Source: Nemertoderma westbladi
Lineage: Eukaryota > Animalia > Xenacoelomorpha
Assembly (NCBI GenBank): GCA_032718475.1
Contig: JAUCBJ010004881.1
Location: 1-58,563 of the forward strand
Direction of reading: 5' to 3'
DNA: 58,563 nucleotides
Shown here: one piece after another, positions 1 through 13,300 of the stretch
Layout: the number at the start of each line of letters is the position of its first letter
Position numbering within the stretch: the first letter of the stretch is position 1
Translations under genes and position numbers: made by a program
Notes under the pieces: model-generated
The model's database searches: none
What the model was told of the DNA's origin: nothing
The model's input: only the letters and a program-made list of their open reading frames with translations

Positions 1-2069
1 TCCATTTGTGTTTTATGGACCTAATTAAGATTGCGGACGACTCCGTTTGTGTTTTATAGACCTAATTAAGATTGTTGACGACTCCATTTGTGTTTTATAG
101 ACCTAATTAAGATTGTTGACGACTCCATTTGTGTTTTATGGACCTAATTAAGATTGTGGACGACTCCATTTGTGTTTTATGGACCTAATTAAGATTGTGG
201 ACGACTCCATTTGTGTTTTATAGACCTAATTAAGATTGTTGACGACTCCATTTGTGTTTTATGGACCTAATTAAGATTGTGGACGACTCCATTTGTGTTT
301 TATGGACCTAATTAAGATTGTGGACGACTCCGTTTGTGTTTTATAGACCTAATTAAGATTGTTGACGACTCCATTTGTGTTTTATAGACCTAATTAAGAT
401 TGTTGACGACTCCATTTGTGTTTTATGGACCTAATTAAGATTGTGGACGACTCCGTTTGTGTTTTATAGACCTAATTAAGATTGTTGACGACTCCATTTG
501 TGTTTTATAGACCTAATTAAGATTGTGGACGACTCCGTTTGTGTTTTATAGACCTAATTAAGATTGTGGACGACTCCATTTGTGTTTTATGGACCTAATT
601 AAGATTGTTGACGACTCCATTTGTGTTTTATGGACCTAATTAAGATTGTGGACGACTCCTTTTGTGTTTTATAGACCTAATTAAGATTGTTGACGACTCC
701 ATTTGTGTTTTATAGACCTAATTAAGATTGTTGACGACTCCATTTGTGTTTTATAGACCTAATTAAGATTGTGGACGACTCCATTTGTGTTTTATAGACC
801 TAATTAAGATTGTGGACGACTCCATTTGTGTTTTATGGACCTAATTAAGATTGTTGATGACTCCATTTGTGTTTTATAGACCTAATTAAGATTGTGGACG
901 ACTCCGTTTGTGTTTTATACACCTAAATAAGATTGTGGACGACTCCATTTGTGTTTTATAGACCTAATTAAGATTGTGGACGACTCCATTTGTGTTTTAT
1001 GGACCTAATTAAGATTGTGGACGACTCCATTTGTGTTTTATGGACCTAATTAAGATTGTTGACGACTCCATTTGTGTTTTATGGACCTAATTAAGATTGT
1101 GGACGACTCCGTTTGTGTTTTATAGACCTAATTAAGATTGTTGACGACTCCATTTGTGTTTTATAGACCTAATTAAGATTGTTGACGACTCCATTTGTGT
1201 TTTATAGACCTAATTAAGATTGTGGACGACTCCATTTGTGTTTTATAGACCTAATTAAGATTGTGGACGACTCCATTTGTGTTTTATAGACCTAATTAAG
1301 ATTGTTGACGACTCCATTTGTGTTTTATAGACCTAATTAAGATTGTGGGCGACTCCATTTGTGTTTTATAGACCTAATTAAGATTGTTGACGACTCCATT
1401 TGTGTTTTATGGACCTAATTAAGATTGTGGACGACTCCATTTGTGTTTTATAGACCTAATTAAGATTGTGGACGACTCCATTTGTGTTTTATGGACCTAA
1501 TTAAGATTGTGGACGACTCCATTTGTGTTTTATGGACCTAATTAAGATTGTGGACGACTCCATTTGTGTTTTATAGACCTAATTAAGATTGTGGACGACT
1601 CCATTTGTGTTTTATGGACCTAATTAAGATTGTGGACGACTCCATTTGTGTTTTATGGACCTAATTAAGATTGTGGGCGACTCAATTTGTGTTTTATAGA
1701 CCTAATTAAGATTGTGGACGACTCCATTTGTGTTTTATGGACCTAATTAAGATTGTTGACGACTCCATTTGTGTTTTATGGACCTAATTAAGATTGTGGA
1801 CGACTCCATTTGTGTTTTATAGACCTAATTAAGATTGTGGACGACTCCATTTGTGTTTTATAGACCTAATTAAGATTGTGGACGACTCCATTTGTGTTTT
1901 ATGGACCTAATTAAGATTGTGGACGACTCCATTTGTGTTTTATGGACCTAATTAAGATTGTTGACGACTCCATTTGTGTTTTATGGACCTAATTAAGATT
2001 GTGGACGACTCCATTTGTGTTTTATGGACCTAATTAAGATTGTGGACGACTCCATTTGTGTTTTATAGA
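1..2069. repeat. 41-bp tandem satellite, ~50 copies, runs off the left edge
   Basis: Unit TCCATTTGTGTTTTATRGACCTAATTAAGATTGTKGACGAC recurs at 1, 42, 83 and onward; variation is mostly at 2-3 sites. Confidence 0.98.
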
Positions 2070-2155
2070 ATCTAATTTGTGTCTGCAGCTACACAGTTTA
2101 TTTAACAAGACGCACATGCATTGTATTATAAGACCTTTTATTTTCAATTTCCCAG

Positions 2156-3370
2156 ATACGCAATAAAAATTCATCACTCTCCAGGGGAAATTGGACGCAA
2201 ATAACAGTTGATTACTCTCAAAAATTAAACTGTAACCTGTTCTATTCGGCACCTCCAAACCAAAACCCAGTATGTCAATTTTTTTCGAAATAGATTTTTT
2301 TCGATTTTTCGGAGCGTAGAATTCATCTGACTCAGTTTCGAAACCATAGCGCTAACCGATTTCGCAGTATTAACAATTAATTAATTAACTAATTAGCTAA
2401 TTTAGAGCAAATACCACGTCGAAACACAGTAATGCTAGTTACTGGGTTTCGTATCCTTTCTGGTGTTATTTTGAAATAGTTACTCCGTCAAAACCCAGTA
2501 TGTGCTCAAAAATCCCAAAATCCTACGCCAAAACCCAGTAACTGCACTTACTGGGTTTCAAGCAAAATTCTTTACTGGGTTTTCACATGGTATTTTCTGA
2601 ACAAAATCGAGTATCGTTTCCGAAAGACAAAGTCCAGTCCAGTCCAAAATCCAGTATGTATATTGTCAATGTCAGAATAACCACGTCAAAACCCAGTAAA
2701 CAGAGTTACTGGGTTTCCAGCAGTTTGAGATACTAGGTTTTGACGTGGGATTTCCCGAATGCAGATATGCCAAACCAAAACCCAGTAACTCCGGCAACGC
2801 AACAGACGTAGACAAATAATTAAATGTTCTAGAATATTATGTTCTAGAATGTTGCCTCTTTGTTTTCGCTAACCGTTGGCGAAGGAAGTTATAGTTACTG
2901 GGTTTTGGCTAAGGGACTTGTCAGTTACTTTGTTTTGGCTTGGGAAAGGTAACTGATTGGAAAAGTTAAATGTAAGTTTAGTGGGTTTTGGTTGGTATGA
3001 GCAAATTTGTCACTGTGTTTAGAAATGGGAATCATGACGTTACTGGGTATTGATGCATCAAAAATCACAATTGTTTTCTTTTCTACCATACCAAAACCGT
3101 GTAAGTCGATTTATATGAAAAGTAAGGAATAAATTCAAAAAAAGTTTTGGCACTAATATATATGTACAATTTGTAAAGGTACTCAAAATTATAACTCATC
3201 AAATTAAATTTCAACCAAATGCCAGCTGTCTAAAGTCCAAAATCGTTAAACGCGATTATCTCGAAAAGTCAAAAAATGTACTTACTGGGTTTTGGTTTGG
3301 AGCTGCCGTATTGTGTTTAGTTTATTGTTTTGGTTAAAATAACGTGCCACTGTAACCTGCTCCTTTCCCT
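2156..3370 (-). repeat. Unclassified dispersed repeat, copy A, interrupted by a TIR element at 2247-3308
   Basis: 2156-2246 joined to 3313-3370 is the reverse complement of ~6809-6955 with scattered mismatches. Confidence 0.85.
2247..3308. mobile_element. Non-autonomous DNA transposon (MITE-like) with 26-bp TIRs and a 4-bp TATT TSD
   Basis: CGGCACCTCCAAACCAAAACCCAGTA (2247-2272) vs TACTGGGTTTTGGTTTGGAGCTGCCG (3283-3308), one mismatch. TATT at 2243-2246 and 3309-3312. Many internal AAACCCAGTA motifs in both orientations. No ORF. Confidence 0.88.
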
Positions 3371-4263
3371 TTTGTTGGAATTCCATGTCATTTGGTGTCT
3401 CAACTCACCACATTAGTAGTCATCTAGAGTACAACTCGTCTAATCCATAATATAGTTTACATTATTGACTGGCTCCCTTAGGGGTGATACTAATGGGTTA
3501 CTTCAAAACATGAGTCTTTTTTTATCAAAATTGTATTATTGATTTGTTCCAAACAACTAACTTCCATGACATAACCTACAGCTACAGTAATAATAGATAG
3601 CGTGAATGATGCACTTTACCAACTAAATTTACTGGGCCCAAGCTGAAACGGGAAGCGGAAACCGCTGAAGACACCCGCAACGGGCGAAATGCGCATACGG
3701 TAACAATATAAATTTAATTTAATATAAATTTACATCACGTGACAAGACCCTCAACCGCCCTAATAACTATAAATAAATAAATAAATAATAGGAATAATAA
3801 AAATAAAAAATATAATAGGAAATCTGCAGTTTCCGCGTCGGATTTACAAGTTTGGTTTGGAGTTTTGAACACGATCGAAACCAGTGTTAAAATACCATCG
3901 AGTGGGAAACTCAATTCATATGATAGATACCAGTAGTATATTTATATCATAAAAATGTCGAGATTTATAGGTTAACTGCGGTGCTGAATTGTTTAGTGAT
4001 ATTTTCAATTCCATTACCTTTATTATGTCTCGTCACAATTGTTGGGTCTGGTGCTGTACGAAAAATTCAAGAGCATTACTTTTTGAAACTGTTTTATTCA
4101 ATAATTTTGGCGTGAAAAGTGAAGTGAGATTTTTGCAAACACTGAATATTCAAATGTTCTGGAACATTTAATTGAAAGCTACCCTGAGATAGCTATGATA
4201 ATTGTCTAAAATTAAGAGTATGCATGAATGAAGTCGTAGATGAATAACTAATTATTAGATTAT

Positions 4264-4353
4264 TGGTTGTGTGCGTGGCAATGCGTTCGTCTGTAGTACG
4301 GAAAGTCCTAGTTCGATCTCCGCTCGAGGTTGCAAACATTTGTAAAAAAAAAA
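4264..4353 (+). mobile_element. Possible degenerate tRNA-derived SINE or tRNA pseudogene
   Basis: A-box-like GTGGCAATGCG, B-box-like GTTCGATCTCC at tRNA-like spacing, then an A-run. Confidence 0.3.
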
Positions 4354-4516
4354 GTGATAAATATAGTTTAGTTTAACATTTATTTTATTGAACAACGAAG
4401 TTCTCCCAATTGGGCAACAAGCGTAATGCTTTAACCCTTTTAGTTCAGTTCCAGTAGAATTCTGAAAGTGTCATTCAGATCCCATACCACTAGAAAATTT
4501 AAAATTTAACAAAAAT

Positions 4517-5014
4517 GTCCGTTAGTTTGTCTGTCAAAATATATGGAGGCACATCACATAACTAAAAATTTGGATATGGGGGTTTTCCTGGCCGCAGACT
4601 TCAAATCTAATGTCAGTTTTGACCTTTTGACGGATTCCTGATACTATGTCCGTCTGTCTGTTTGTCCGTCATTATATGTCTGTCAAAATATAAAAATGCC
4701 CAAATCCTAACCGAAATTCTCACCGTGGGGCTTTTCCTGGCCGTAGACTTCAAATATGTTGTTGGTTTTGATGTTTCACGGTATCCTGGCATTCGTCTGT
4801 CTGTCTGTTGTCCGTCAATATGTCTTTCAAAATATAAGGAGGCTCATGACATTACTAAAATTTTGGATATGGAGGTTTTCCTGGCCGCAGACTTCAAATC
4901 TAATATCAATTTTACGTTTCACGGTATCCAGACACCTTGTCCGTCTGTCTGTTTGTCTGTCAATATATCTATCAAAATATAAAAACGCCCAAAACCTAAC
5001 CAAAATTCTCACCA
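4517..5014 (+). repeat. ~148-bp tandem repeat (~3.3 units) in alternating A/B dimer with GTCY microsatellite; possibly Helentron/DINE-like internal repeats
   Basis: TTTTCCTGGCCGYAGACTTCAAAT at ~4583, ~4732 and ~4876. Units 1 and 3 are more alike than either is to unit 2. Each unit has GTCCGTCTGTCTGT-type tracts. Confidence 0.7.
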
Positions 5015-5065
5015 CTATATTCCCGGTTGGAATGATACAGTAAATAAGTAATACAGTAATAACTT

Positions 5066-5938
5066 CCGCCCAGCTTTTGCGTAGTTGTGTGGTATCTGAC
5101 CAGACTCAAGTGACGCTCAGCCGCCCAGCTTTTGCGTGGTTGTGTGGTATCTCACCAGACACAAGTGACGCTCAGCCGCCCAGCTTTTGCGTGGTTGTGT
5201 GGTATCTCACCAGACACAAGTGACGCTCAGCCGCCCAGCTTTTGTGTGGTTGTGTGGTATCTCGCCAGACACAAGTGACGCTCAGCCGCCCAGCTTTTGC
5301 GTGGTTGTGTGGTATCTCACCAGACACAAGTGACGCTCAGCCGCCCAGCTTTTGCGTAGTTGTGTGGTATCTCACCAGACACAAGTGACGCTCAGCCGCC
5401 CAGCTTTTGCGGGGTTGTGTGGTATCTCACCAGACACAAGTGACGCTCAGCCGCCCATCTTTTGTGTGGTTGTGTGGTTTCTCACCAGACACAAGTGACG
5501 CTCAGCCGCCCAGCTTTTGCGTGGTTGTGTGGTATCTCACCAGAAACAAGTGACGCTCAGCCGCCCAGTTTTTGCGTGGTTGTGTTGTATCTCACCAGAC
5601 ACAAGTGACGCTCTGCCGCCCAGCTTTTGCGTGGTTGTGTGGTATCTCACCAGACACAAGTGACGTTCAGCCGCCCAGCTTTTGCGTAGTTGTGTGGTAT
5701 CTCACCAGACACAAGTGACGCTCAGCCGCCCAGCTTTTGCGTGGTTGTGTGGTATCTCACCAGACACAAGTGACGCTCAGCCGCCCAGCTTTTGCGTAGT
5801 TGTGCGGTATCTCACCAGACTCAAGTGACGCTCAGCCGCACAGCTTTTGCGTGGTTGTGTGGTATCTCACCAGACACAAGTGACGCTCAGCCGCCAAGCT
5901 TTTGCGTAGTTGTGTGGTATCTCACCAGACACAAGTGA
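5066..5938. repeat. 55-bp minisatellite, ~16 copies
   Basis: Unit CCGCCCAGCTTTTGCGTGGTTGTGTGGTATCTCACCAGACACAAGTGACGCTCAG at 5066, 5121, 5176 and onward. Confidence 0.98.
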
Positions 5939-6766
5939 ACATTATCGATATTGCCCTAGTATCGTCCAGCTACGGTCCCCTTTTCACACCGCTCTATATT
6001 TGATGAACCTCGAGCCAATAGAATATTTATCCAAGTTATTATTATATTTACACGAATATTATACATATTATATATTACTTACACATATTTTACTTACTTT
6101 ACTTTACTGAACAACATTCATTATTTTGTCATTAACTCCAAAAATGATATCGAGATCTTGAAATTATTTAAATACGTATTATTATTTTATATGTGTATAC
6201 TAAGTATTATTTTTTTGCATTCTTTGTTGATTATTATTCACCAAGTACGTAATCTATGTACGTCTTAATTGTACCATTGGTGGACTTGCTAATTATTATA
6301 ATGTGTAACCCTTTATTTAGATGGTTTGTTAATTTAGCGAAATTTATTTGTTTATAGTTCGTGTTTTCTTTACCGCAAGTCATTAAATAATATATATATA
6401 CTAGTTTTAATTATTTTGTGTATATTTTAAATTTTAATTTTTAATTGAAATGTTTGGAATTAAAGAAGTCAAACTTTCACATTGTACAAAGTGTATTATA
6501 ACAACCCCTAAGGTATAATTTTTTTCTTAGTGGATAGTACAGTATAAAGGAACTTCATGTAATTTTATTTGAATTTTTTATGACAGCTGATGAGATTATA
6601 CAGTGCAATAGGTTTCTCTTTTCCGTTTTATTGCTGTCGAATGCCATCATCAAAGTGTCTTATCTGAAACAACAAGGCTCTATTCTTTGTAGCTGCTCGA
6701 AAGGCAAACAAAGTCAAGAATACTAATTACTGTTGAACCAAACACCTTGACTTTCTGCAGAGGTAC

Positions 6767-6955
6767 TTGGCGAATTAATATCCCGCCTCAATGATAAATT
6801 CTCAATTTAGGAAAAGGAGCAGGTTACAGTGGCACGTTGTTTTAACCAAAACAATAAACTAAACACAACAGAACAGGTTACAATCTTATTTTTGAGAGTA
6901 ATCAGCTGTTATTTGCGACCAATTTCCCCTGGAGAGGGATGAATTTGTATTGTGT
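6767..6955 (+). repeat. Unclassified dispersed repeat, copy B (uninterrupted)
   Basis: Begins CTTGGCGAATTAATATCCCGCC as at 58500; the downstream part matches the reverse complement of copy A. Confidence 0.85.
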
Positions 6956-7374
6956 CCAGTTTCCCCCCTACCTGAGTGCCTGATATAATACAGGTGCCTG
7001 TGCTTCGACATGACCACTGCTCGCTATATTCAGGAGAATTATCTCAGTCTCCAATAGGGTAACTTCCTTCCTTTCAAAACTAAATCCTATGAAATTGCAG
7101 ATTAGGAGATTGGCGTGTAACTTTGTCAACAAGGCGTGTGTTTTACGCGTTAAGCTTAGGCAAACGCCTTTAATGAATTCCTTATCGACCGTGAAGACGG
7201 TTGGTTATCGAGCGAGGGAGACAGTGCGAAAGATAACGTGGACCCGGTAGCCAACAGCTATTGATCACGGGTTACTGGCGCGTTAATAACAGTAAAATAC
7301 TCAGTCACTTCAATCAGAGGCACATTAATCTGAATTATTTTCTGTTTGCGGTAGAATTCATTTACAGAATATTT

Positions 7375-10300
7375 AATAAGCAGGAACTATTCCATCATAC
7401 AACAAACAGCAGTATGTAATCTGGGTCTGGGAATAAGCGGGAACTATTCCATCAAACAACAAACAGCAGTATGTAATCTGGGTCTGGGAATAAGCGGGAA
7501 CTATTCCATCAAACAACAAACAGCAGTATGTAATCTGGGTCTGGGAATAAGCAGGAACTATTCTATTAAACAACAAACAGCAGTATGCAATCTGGGTCTG
7601 GGAATAAGCAGGAACTATTCCATCGAACAACAAACAGCAGTATGGAATCTGTGTCTGGGAATAAGCAGGAACTATTCCATCAAACAACAAACAGCAGTAT
7701 GCAATCTGGGTCTGGGAATAAGCAGGAACTATTCTATTAAACAACAAACAGCAGTATGTAATCTGTGTCTGGGAATAAGCAGGAACTATTCCATCAAACA
7801 ACAAACAGCAGTATGCAATCTGGGTCTGGGAATAAGCAGGAACTATTCTATTAAACAACAAACAGCAGTATGGAATCTGGTTCTGGGAATAAGCAGGAAC
7901 TATTCTATTAAACAACAAACAGCAGTATGTAATCTGAGTCGGGGAATAAGCAGGAACTATTCCATCAAACAACAAACAGCAGTATGCAATCTGGGTCTGG
8001 GAATAAGCAGGAACTATTCCATCGAACAACAAACATCAGAATGGAATCTGTGTCTGGGAATAAGCAGGAACTATTCCATCAAACAACAAACAGCAGTATG
8101 TAATCTGGGTCTGGGAATAAGCAGGAATTATTCTATTAAACAACAAACAGCAGTATGTAATCTGAGTCGGGGAATAAGCAGGAACTATTCCATCAAACAA
8201 CAAACAGCAGTATGGAATCTGGGTCTGGCAGTATGGAATCTGGGTCTGGGAATAAGCAGGAACTATTCCATCATACAACAAACAGCAGTATGTAATCTGG
8301 GTCTGGGAATAAGCGGGAACTATTCCATCAAACAACAAACAGCAGTATGTAATCTGGGTCTGGGAATAAGCAGGAACTATTCCATCATACAACAAACAGC
8401 AGTATGGAATCTGTGTCTGGGAATAAGCGGTAACTATTCTATTAAACAACAAACAGCAGTATGCAATCTGGGTCTGGGAATAAGCAGGAACTATTCCATC
8501 GAACAACAAACAGCAGTATGGAATCTGTGTCTGGGAATAAGCAGGAACTATTCCATCAAACAACAAACAGCAGTATGCAATCTGGGTCTGGGAATAAGCA
8601 GGAACTATTCTATTAAACAACAAACAGCAGTATGTAATCTGAGTCGGGGAATAAGCAGGAACTATTCCATCAAACAACAAACAGCAATATGCAATCTGGG
8701 TCTGGGAATAAGCAGGAACTATTCTATTAAACAACAAACAGCAGTATGCAATCTGGGTCTGGGAATAAGCAGGAACTATTCCATCGAACAACAAACAGCA
8801 GTATGGAATCTGTGTCTGGGAATAAGCAGGAACTATTCCATCAAACAACAAACAGCAGTATGCAATCTGGGTCTGGGAATAAGCAGGAACTATTCCATCG
8901 AACAACAAACAGCAGTATGGAATCTGTGTCTGGGAATAAGCAGGAACTATTCCATCAAACAACAAACAGCAGTATGTAATCTGGGTCTGGGAATAAGCAG
9001 GAATTATTCTATTAAACAACAAACAGCAGTATGTAATCTGAGTCGGGGAATAAGCAGGAACTATTCCATCAAACAACAAACAGCAGTATGTAATCTGGGT
9101 CTGGGAATAAGCAGGAACTATTCCATCAAACAACAAACAGCAGTATGCAATCTGGGTCTGGGAATAAGCAGGAACTATTCTATTAAACAACAAACAGCAG
9201 TATGTAATCTGAGTCGGGGAATAAGCAGGAACTATTCCATCAAACAACAAACAACAGTATGTAATCTGAGTCGGGGAATAAGCAGGAACTATTCCATCAA
9301 ACAACAAACAGCAGTATGGAATCTGGGTCTGGGAATAAGCAGGAACTATTCCATCAAACAACAAACAGCAGTATGCAATCTGGGTCTGGGAATAAGCAGG
9401 AACTATTCTATTAAACAACAAACAGCAGTATGTAATCTGGGTCTGGGAATAAGCAGGAACTATTCTATTAAACAACAAACAGCAGTATGGAATCTGGGTC
9501 TGGGAATAAGCAGGAACTATTCTATTAAACAACATTAAACAACAAACAGCAGTATGTAATCTGGGTCTGGGAATAAGCGGGAACTATTCCATCAAACAAC
9601 AAACAGCAGTATGGAATCTGGGTCTGGGAATAAGCAGGAACTATTCTATTAAACAACAAACAGCAGTATGGAATCTGGGTCTGGGAATAAGCAGGAACTA
9701 TTCTATTAAACAACAAACAGCAGTATGTAATCTGAGTCGGGGAATAAGCAGGGACTATTCCATCAAACAATAAACAGCAGTATGGAATCTGGGTCTGGGA
9801 ATAAGCGGGAACTATTCCATCAAACAACAAACAGCAGTATGGAATCTGGGTCTGGGAATAAGCAGGAACTATTCTATTAAACAACAAACAGCAGTATGGA
9901 ATCTGGGTCTGGGAATAAGCAGGAACTATTCTATTAAACAACAAACAGCAGTATGGAATCTGGGTCTGGGAATAAGCAGGAACTATTCTATTAAACAACA
10001 AACAGCAGTATGTAATCTGGGTCTGGGAATAAGCGGGAACTATTCCATCAAACAACAAACAGCAGTATGGAATCTGGGTCTGGGAATAAGCAGGAACTAT
10101 TCTATTAAACAACAAACAGCAGTATGAAATCTGGGTCTGGGAATAAGCAGGAACTATTCTATTAAACAACAAACAGCAGTATGGAATCTGGGTCTGGGAA
10201 TAAGCAGGAACTATTCTATTAAACAACAAACAGCAGTATGGAATCTGGGTCTGGGAATAAGCGGGAACTATTCCATCAAACAACAAACAGCAGTATGGAA

Positions 10301-13300
10301 TCTGGGTCTGGGAATAAGCAGGAACTATTCTATTAAACAACAAACAGCAGTATGGAATCTGGGTCTGGGAATAAGCAGGAACTATTCCATCAAACAACAA
10401 AGAGCAGTATGGAATCTGGGTCTGGGAATAAGCGGGAACTATTCCATCAAACAACAAACAACAGTATGGAATCTGGGTCTGGGAATAAGCGGGAACTATT
10501 CTATTAAACAACAAACAGCGGTATGGAATCTGGGTCATGGAATAAGCAGGAACTATTCCATCATACAACAAACAGCAGTATGGAATCTGGGTCTGGGAAT
10601 AAGCAGGAACTATTCCATCAAACAACAAACAGCAGTATGTAATCTGGGTCTGGGAATAAGCAGGAACTATTCTATTAAACAACAAACAGCAGTATGGAAT
10701 CTGGGTCTGGGAATAAGCGGGAACTATTCTATTAAACAACAAACAGCAGTATGGAATCTGGGTCTGGGAATAAGCAGGAACTATTCCATCATACAACAAA
10801 CAGCAGTATGGAATCTGGTTCTGGGAATAAGCGGGAACTATTCTATTAAACAACAAACAGCAGTATGGAATCTGGGTCTGGGAATAAGCAGGAACTATTC
10901 CATCATACAACAAACAGCAGTATGCAATCTGGGTCTGGGAATAAGCGGGAACTATTCTATTAAACAACAAACAGCAGTATGTAATCTGGGTCTGGGAATA
11001 AGCGGGAACTATTCCATCAAACAACAAACGGCAGGATGTAATCTGGGTCTGGGAATAAGCAGGAACTATTCTATTAAACAACAAACAGCAGTATGCAATC
11101 TGGGTCTGGGAATAGGCAGGAACTATTCCATCGAACAACAAACAGCAGTATGGAATCTGTGTCTGGGAATAAGCAGGAACTATTCCATCAAACAACAAAC
11201 AGCAGTATGCAATCTGGGTCTGGGAATAAGCAGGAACTATTCTATTAAACAACAAACAGCAGTATGTAATCTGAGTCGGGGAATAAGCAGGAACTATTCC
11301 ATCAAACAACAAACAGCAGTATGCAATCTGGGTCTGGGAATAAGCAGGAACTATTCTATTAAACAACAAACAGCAGTATGTAATCTGAGTCGGGGAATAA
11401 GCAGGAACTATTCCATCAAACAACAAACAGCAGTATGCAATCTGGGTCTGGGAATAAGCAGGAACTATTCCATCGAACAACAAACAGCAGTATGGAATCT
11501 GTGTCTGGGAATAAGCAGGAACTATTCCATCAAACAACAAACAGCAGTATGTAATCTGGGTCTGGGAATAAGCAGGAATTATTCTATTAAACAACAAACA
11601 GCAGTATGTAATCTGAGTCGGGGAATAAGCAGGAACTATTCCATCATACAACAAACAGCAGTATGGAATCTGGGTCTGGCAGTATGGAATCTGGGTCTGG
11701 GAATAAGCAGGAACTATTCCATCATACAACAAACAGCAGTATGTAATCTGGGTCTGGGAATAAGCGGGAACTATTCCATCAAACAACAAACAGCAGTATG
11801 TAATCTGGGTCTGGGAATAAGCAGGAACTATTCCATCATACAACAAACAGCAGTATGGAATCTGTGTCTGGGAATAAGCGGGAACTATTCTATTAAACAA
11901 CAAACAGCAGTATGCAATCTGGGTCTGGGAATAAGCAGGAACTATTCCATCGAACAACAAACAGCAGTATGGAATCTGTGTCTGGGAATAAGCAGGAACT
12001 ATTCCATCAAACAACAAACAGCAGTATGCAATCTGGGTCTGGGAATAAGCAGGAACTATTCTATTAAACAACAAACAGCAGTATGTAATCTGAGTCGGGG
12101 AATAAGCAGGAACTATTCCATCAAACAACAAACAACAGTATGTAATCTGAGTCGGGGAATAAGCAGGAACTATTCCATCAAACAACAAACAGCAGTATGT
12201 AATCTGGGTCTGGGAATAAGCGGGAACTATTCCATCATACAACAAACAGCAGTATGGAATCTGTGTCTGGGAATAAGCGGTAACTATTCTATTAAACAAC
12301 AAACAGCAGTATGCAATCTGGGTCTGGGAATAAGCAGGAACTATTCCATCGAACAACAAACAGCAGTATGGAATCTGTGTCTGGGAATAAGCAGGAACTA
12401 TTCCATCAAACAACAAACAGCAGTATGCAATCTGGGTCTGGGAATAAGCAGGAACTATTCTATTAAACAACAAACAGCAGTATGTAATCTGAGTCGGGGA
12501 ATAAGCAGGAACTATTCCATCAAACAACAAACAGCAATATGCAATCTGGGTCTGGGAATAAGCAGGAACTATTCTATTAAACAACAAACAGCAGTATGTA
12601 ATCTGAGTCGGGGAATAAGCAGGAACTATTCCATCAAACAACAAACAGCAGTATGCAATCTGGGTCTGGGAATAAGCAGGAACTATTCCATCGAACAACA
12701 AACAGCAGTATGGAATCTGTGTCTGGGAATAAGCAGGAACTATTCCATCAAACAACAAACAGCAGTATGCAATCTGGGTCTGGGAATAAGCAGGAACTAT
12801 TCCATCGAACAACAAACAGCAGTATGGAATCTGTGTCTGGGAATAAGCAGGAACTATTCCATCAAACAACAAACAGCAGTATGTAATCTGGGTCTGGGAA
12901 TAAGCAGGAATTATTCTATTAAACAACAAACAGCAGTATGTAATCTGAGTCGGGGAATAAGCAGGAACTATTCCATCAAACAACAAACAGCAGTATGCAA
13001 TCTGGGTCTGGGAATAAGCAGGAACTATTCCATCAAACAACAAACAGCAGTATGCAATCTGGGTCTGGGAATAAGCAGGAACTATTCTATTAAACAACAA
13101 ACAGCAGTATGTAATCTGAGTCGGGGAATAAGCAGGAACTATTCCATCAAACAACAAACAACAGTATGTAATCTGAGTCGGGGAATAAGCAGGAACTATT
13201 CCATCAAACAACAAACAACAGTATGGAATCTGGGTCTGGGAATAAGCAGGAACTATTCCATCAAACAACAAACAGCAGTATGCAATCTGGGTCTGGGAAT

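Noticed and set aside
3652-3845. Possible small MITE bounded by GCGGAAAC...GTTTCCGC
   Set aside because: The inverted match is short and degenerate and no TSD is evident
1-5938. 41-bp and 55-bp arrays (and the 57-bp array) as CRISPR arrays
   Set aside because: Head-to-tail repeats with no unique spacers and no cas genes, in a eukaryotic context
6620-7090. Possible small minus-strand exons (MSKHRHLYYIRHS followed by GTAG, and downstream AG/GT pairs)
   Set aside because: The spliced product would be very short with no recognisable homology; splice-like sites are expected by chance
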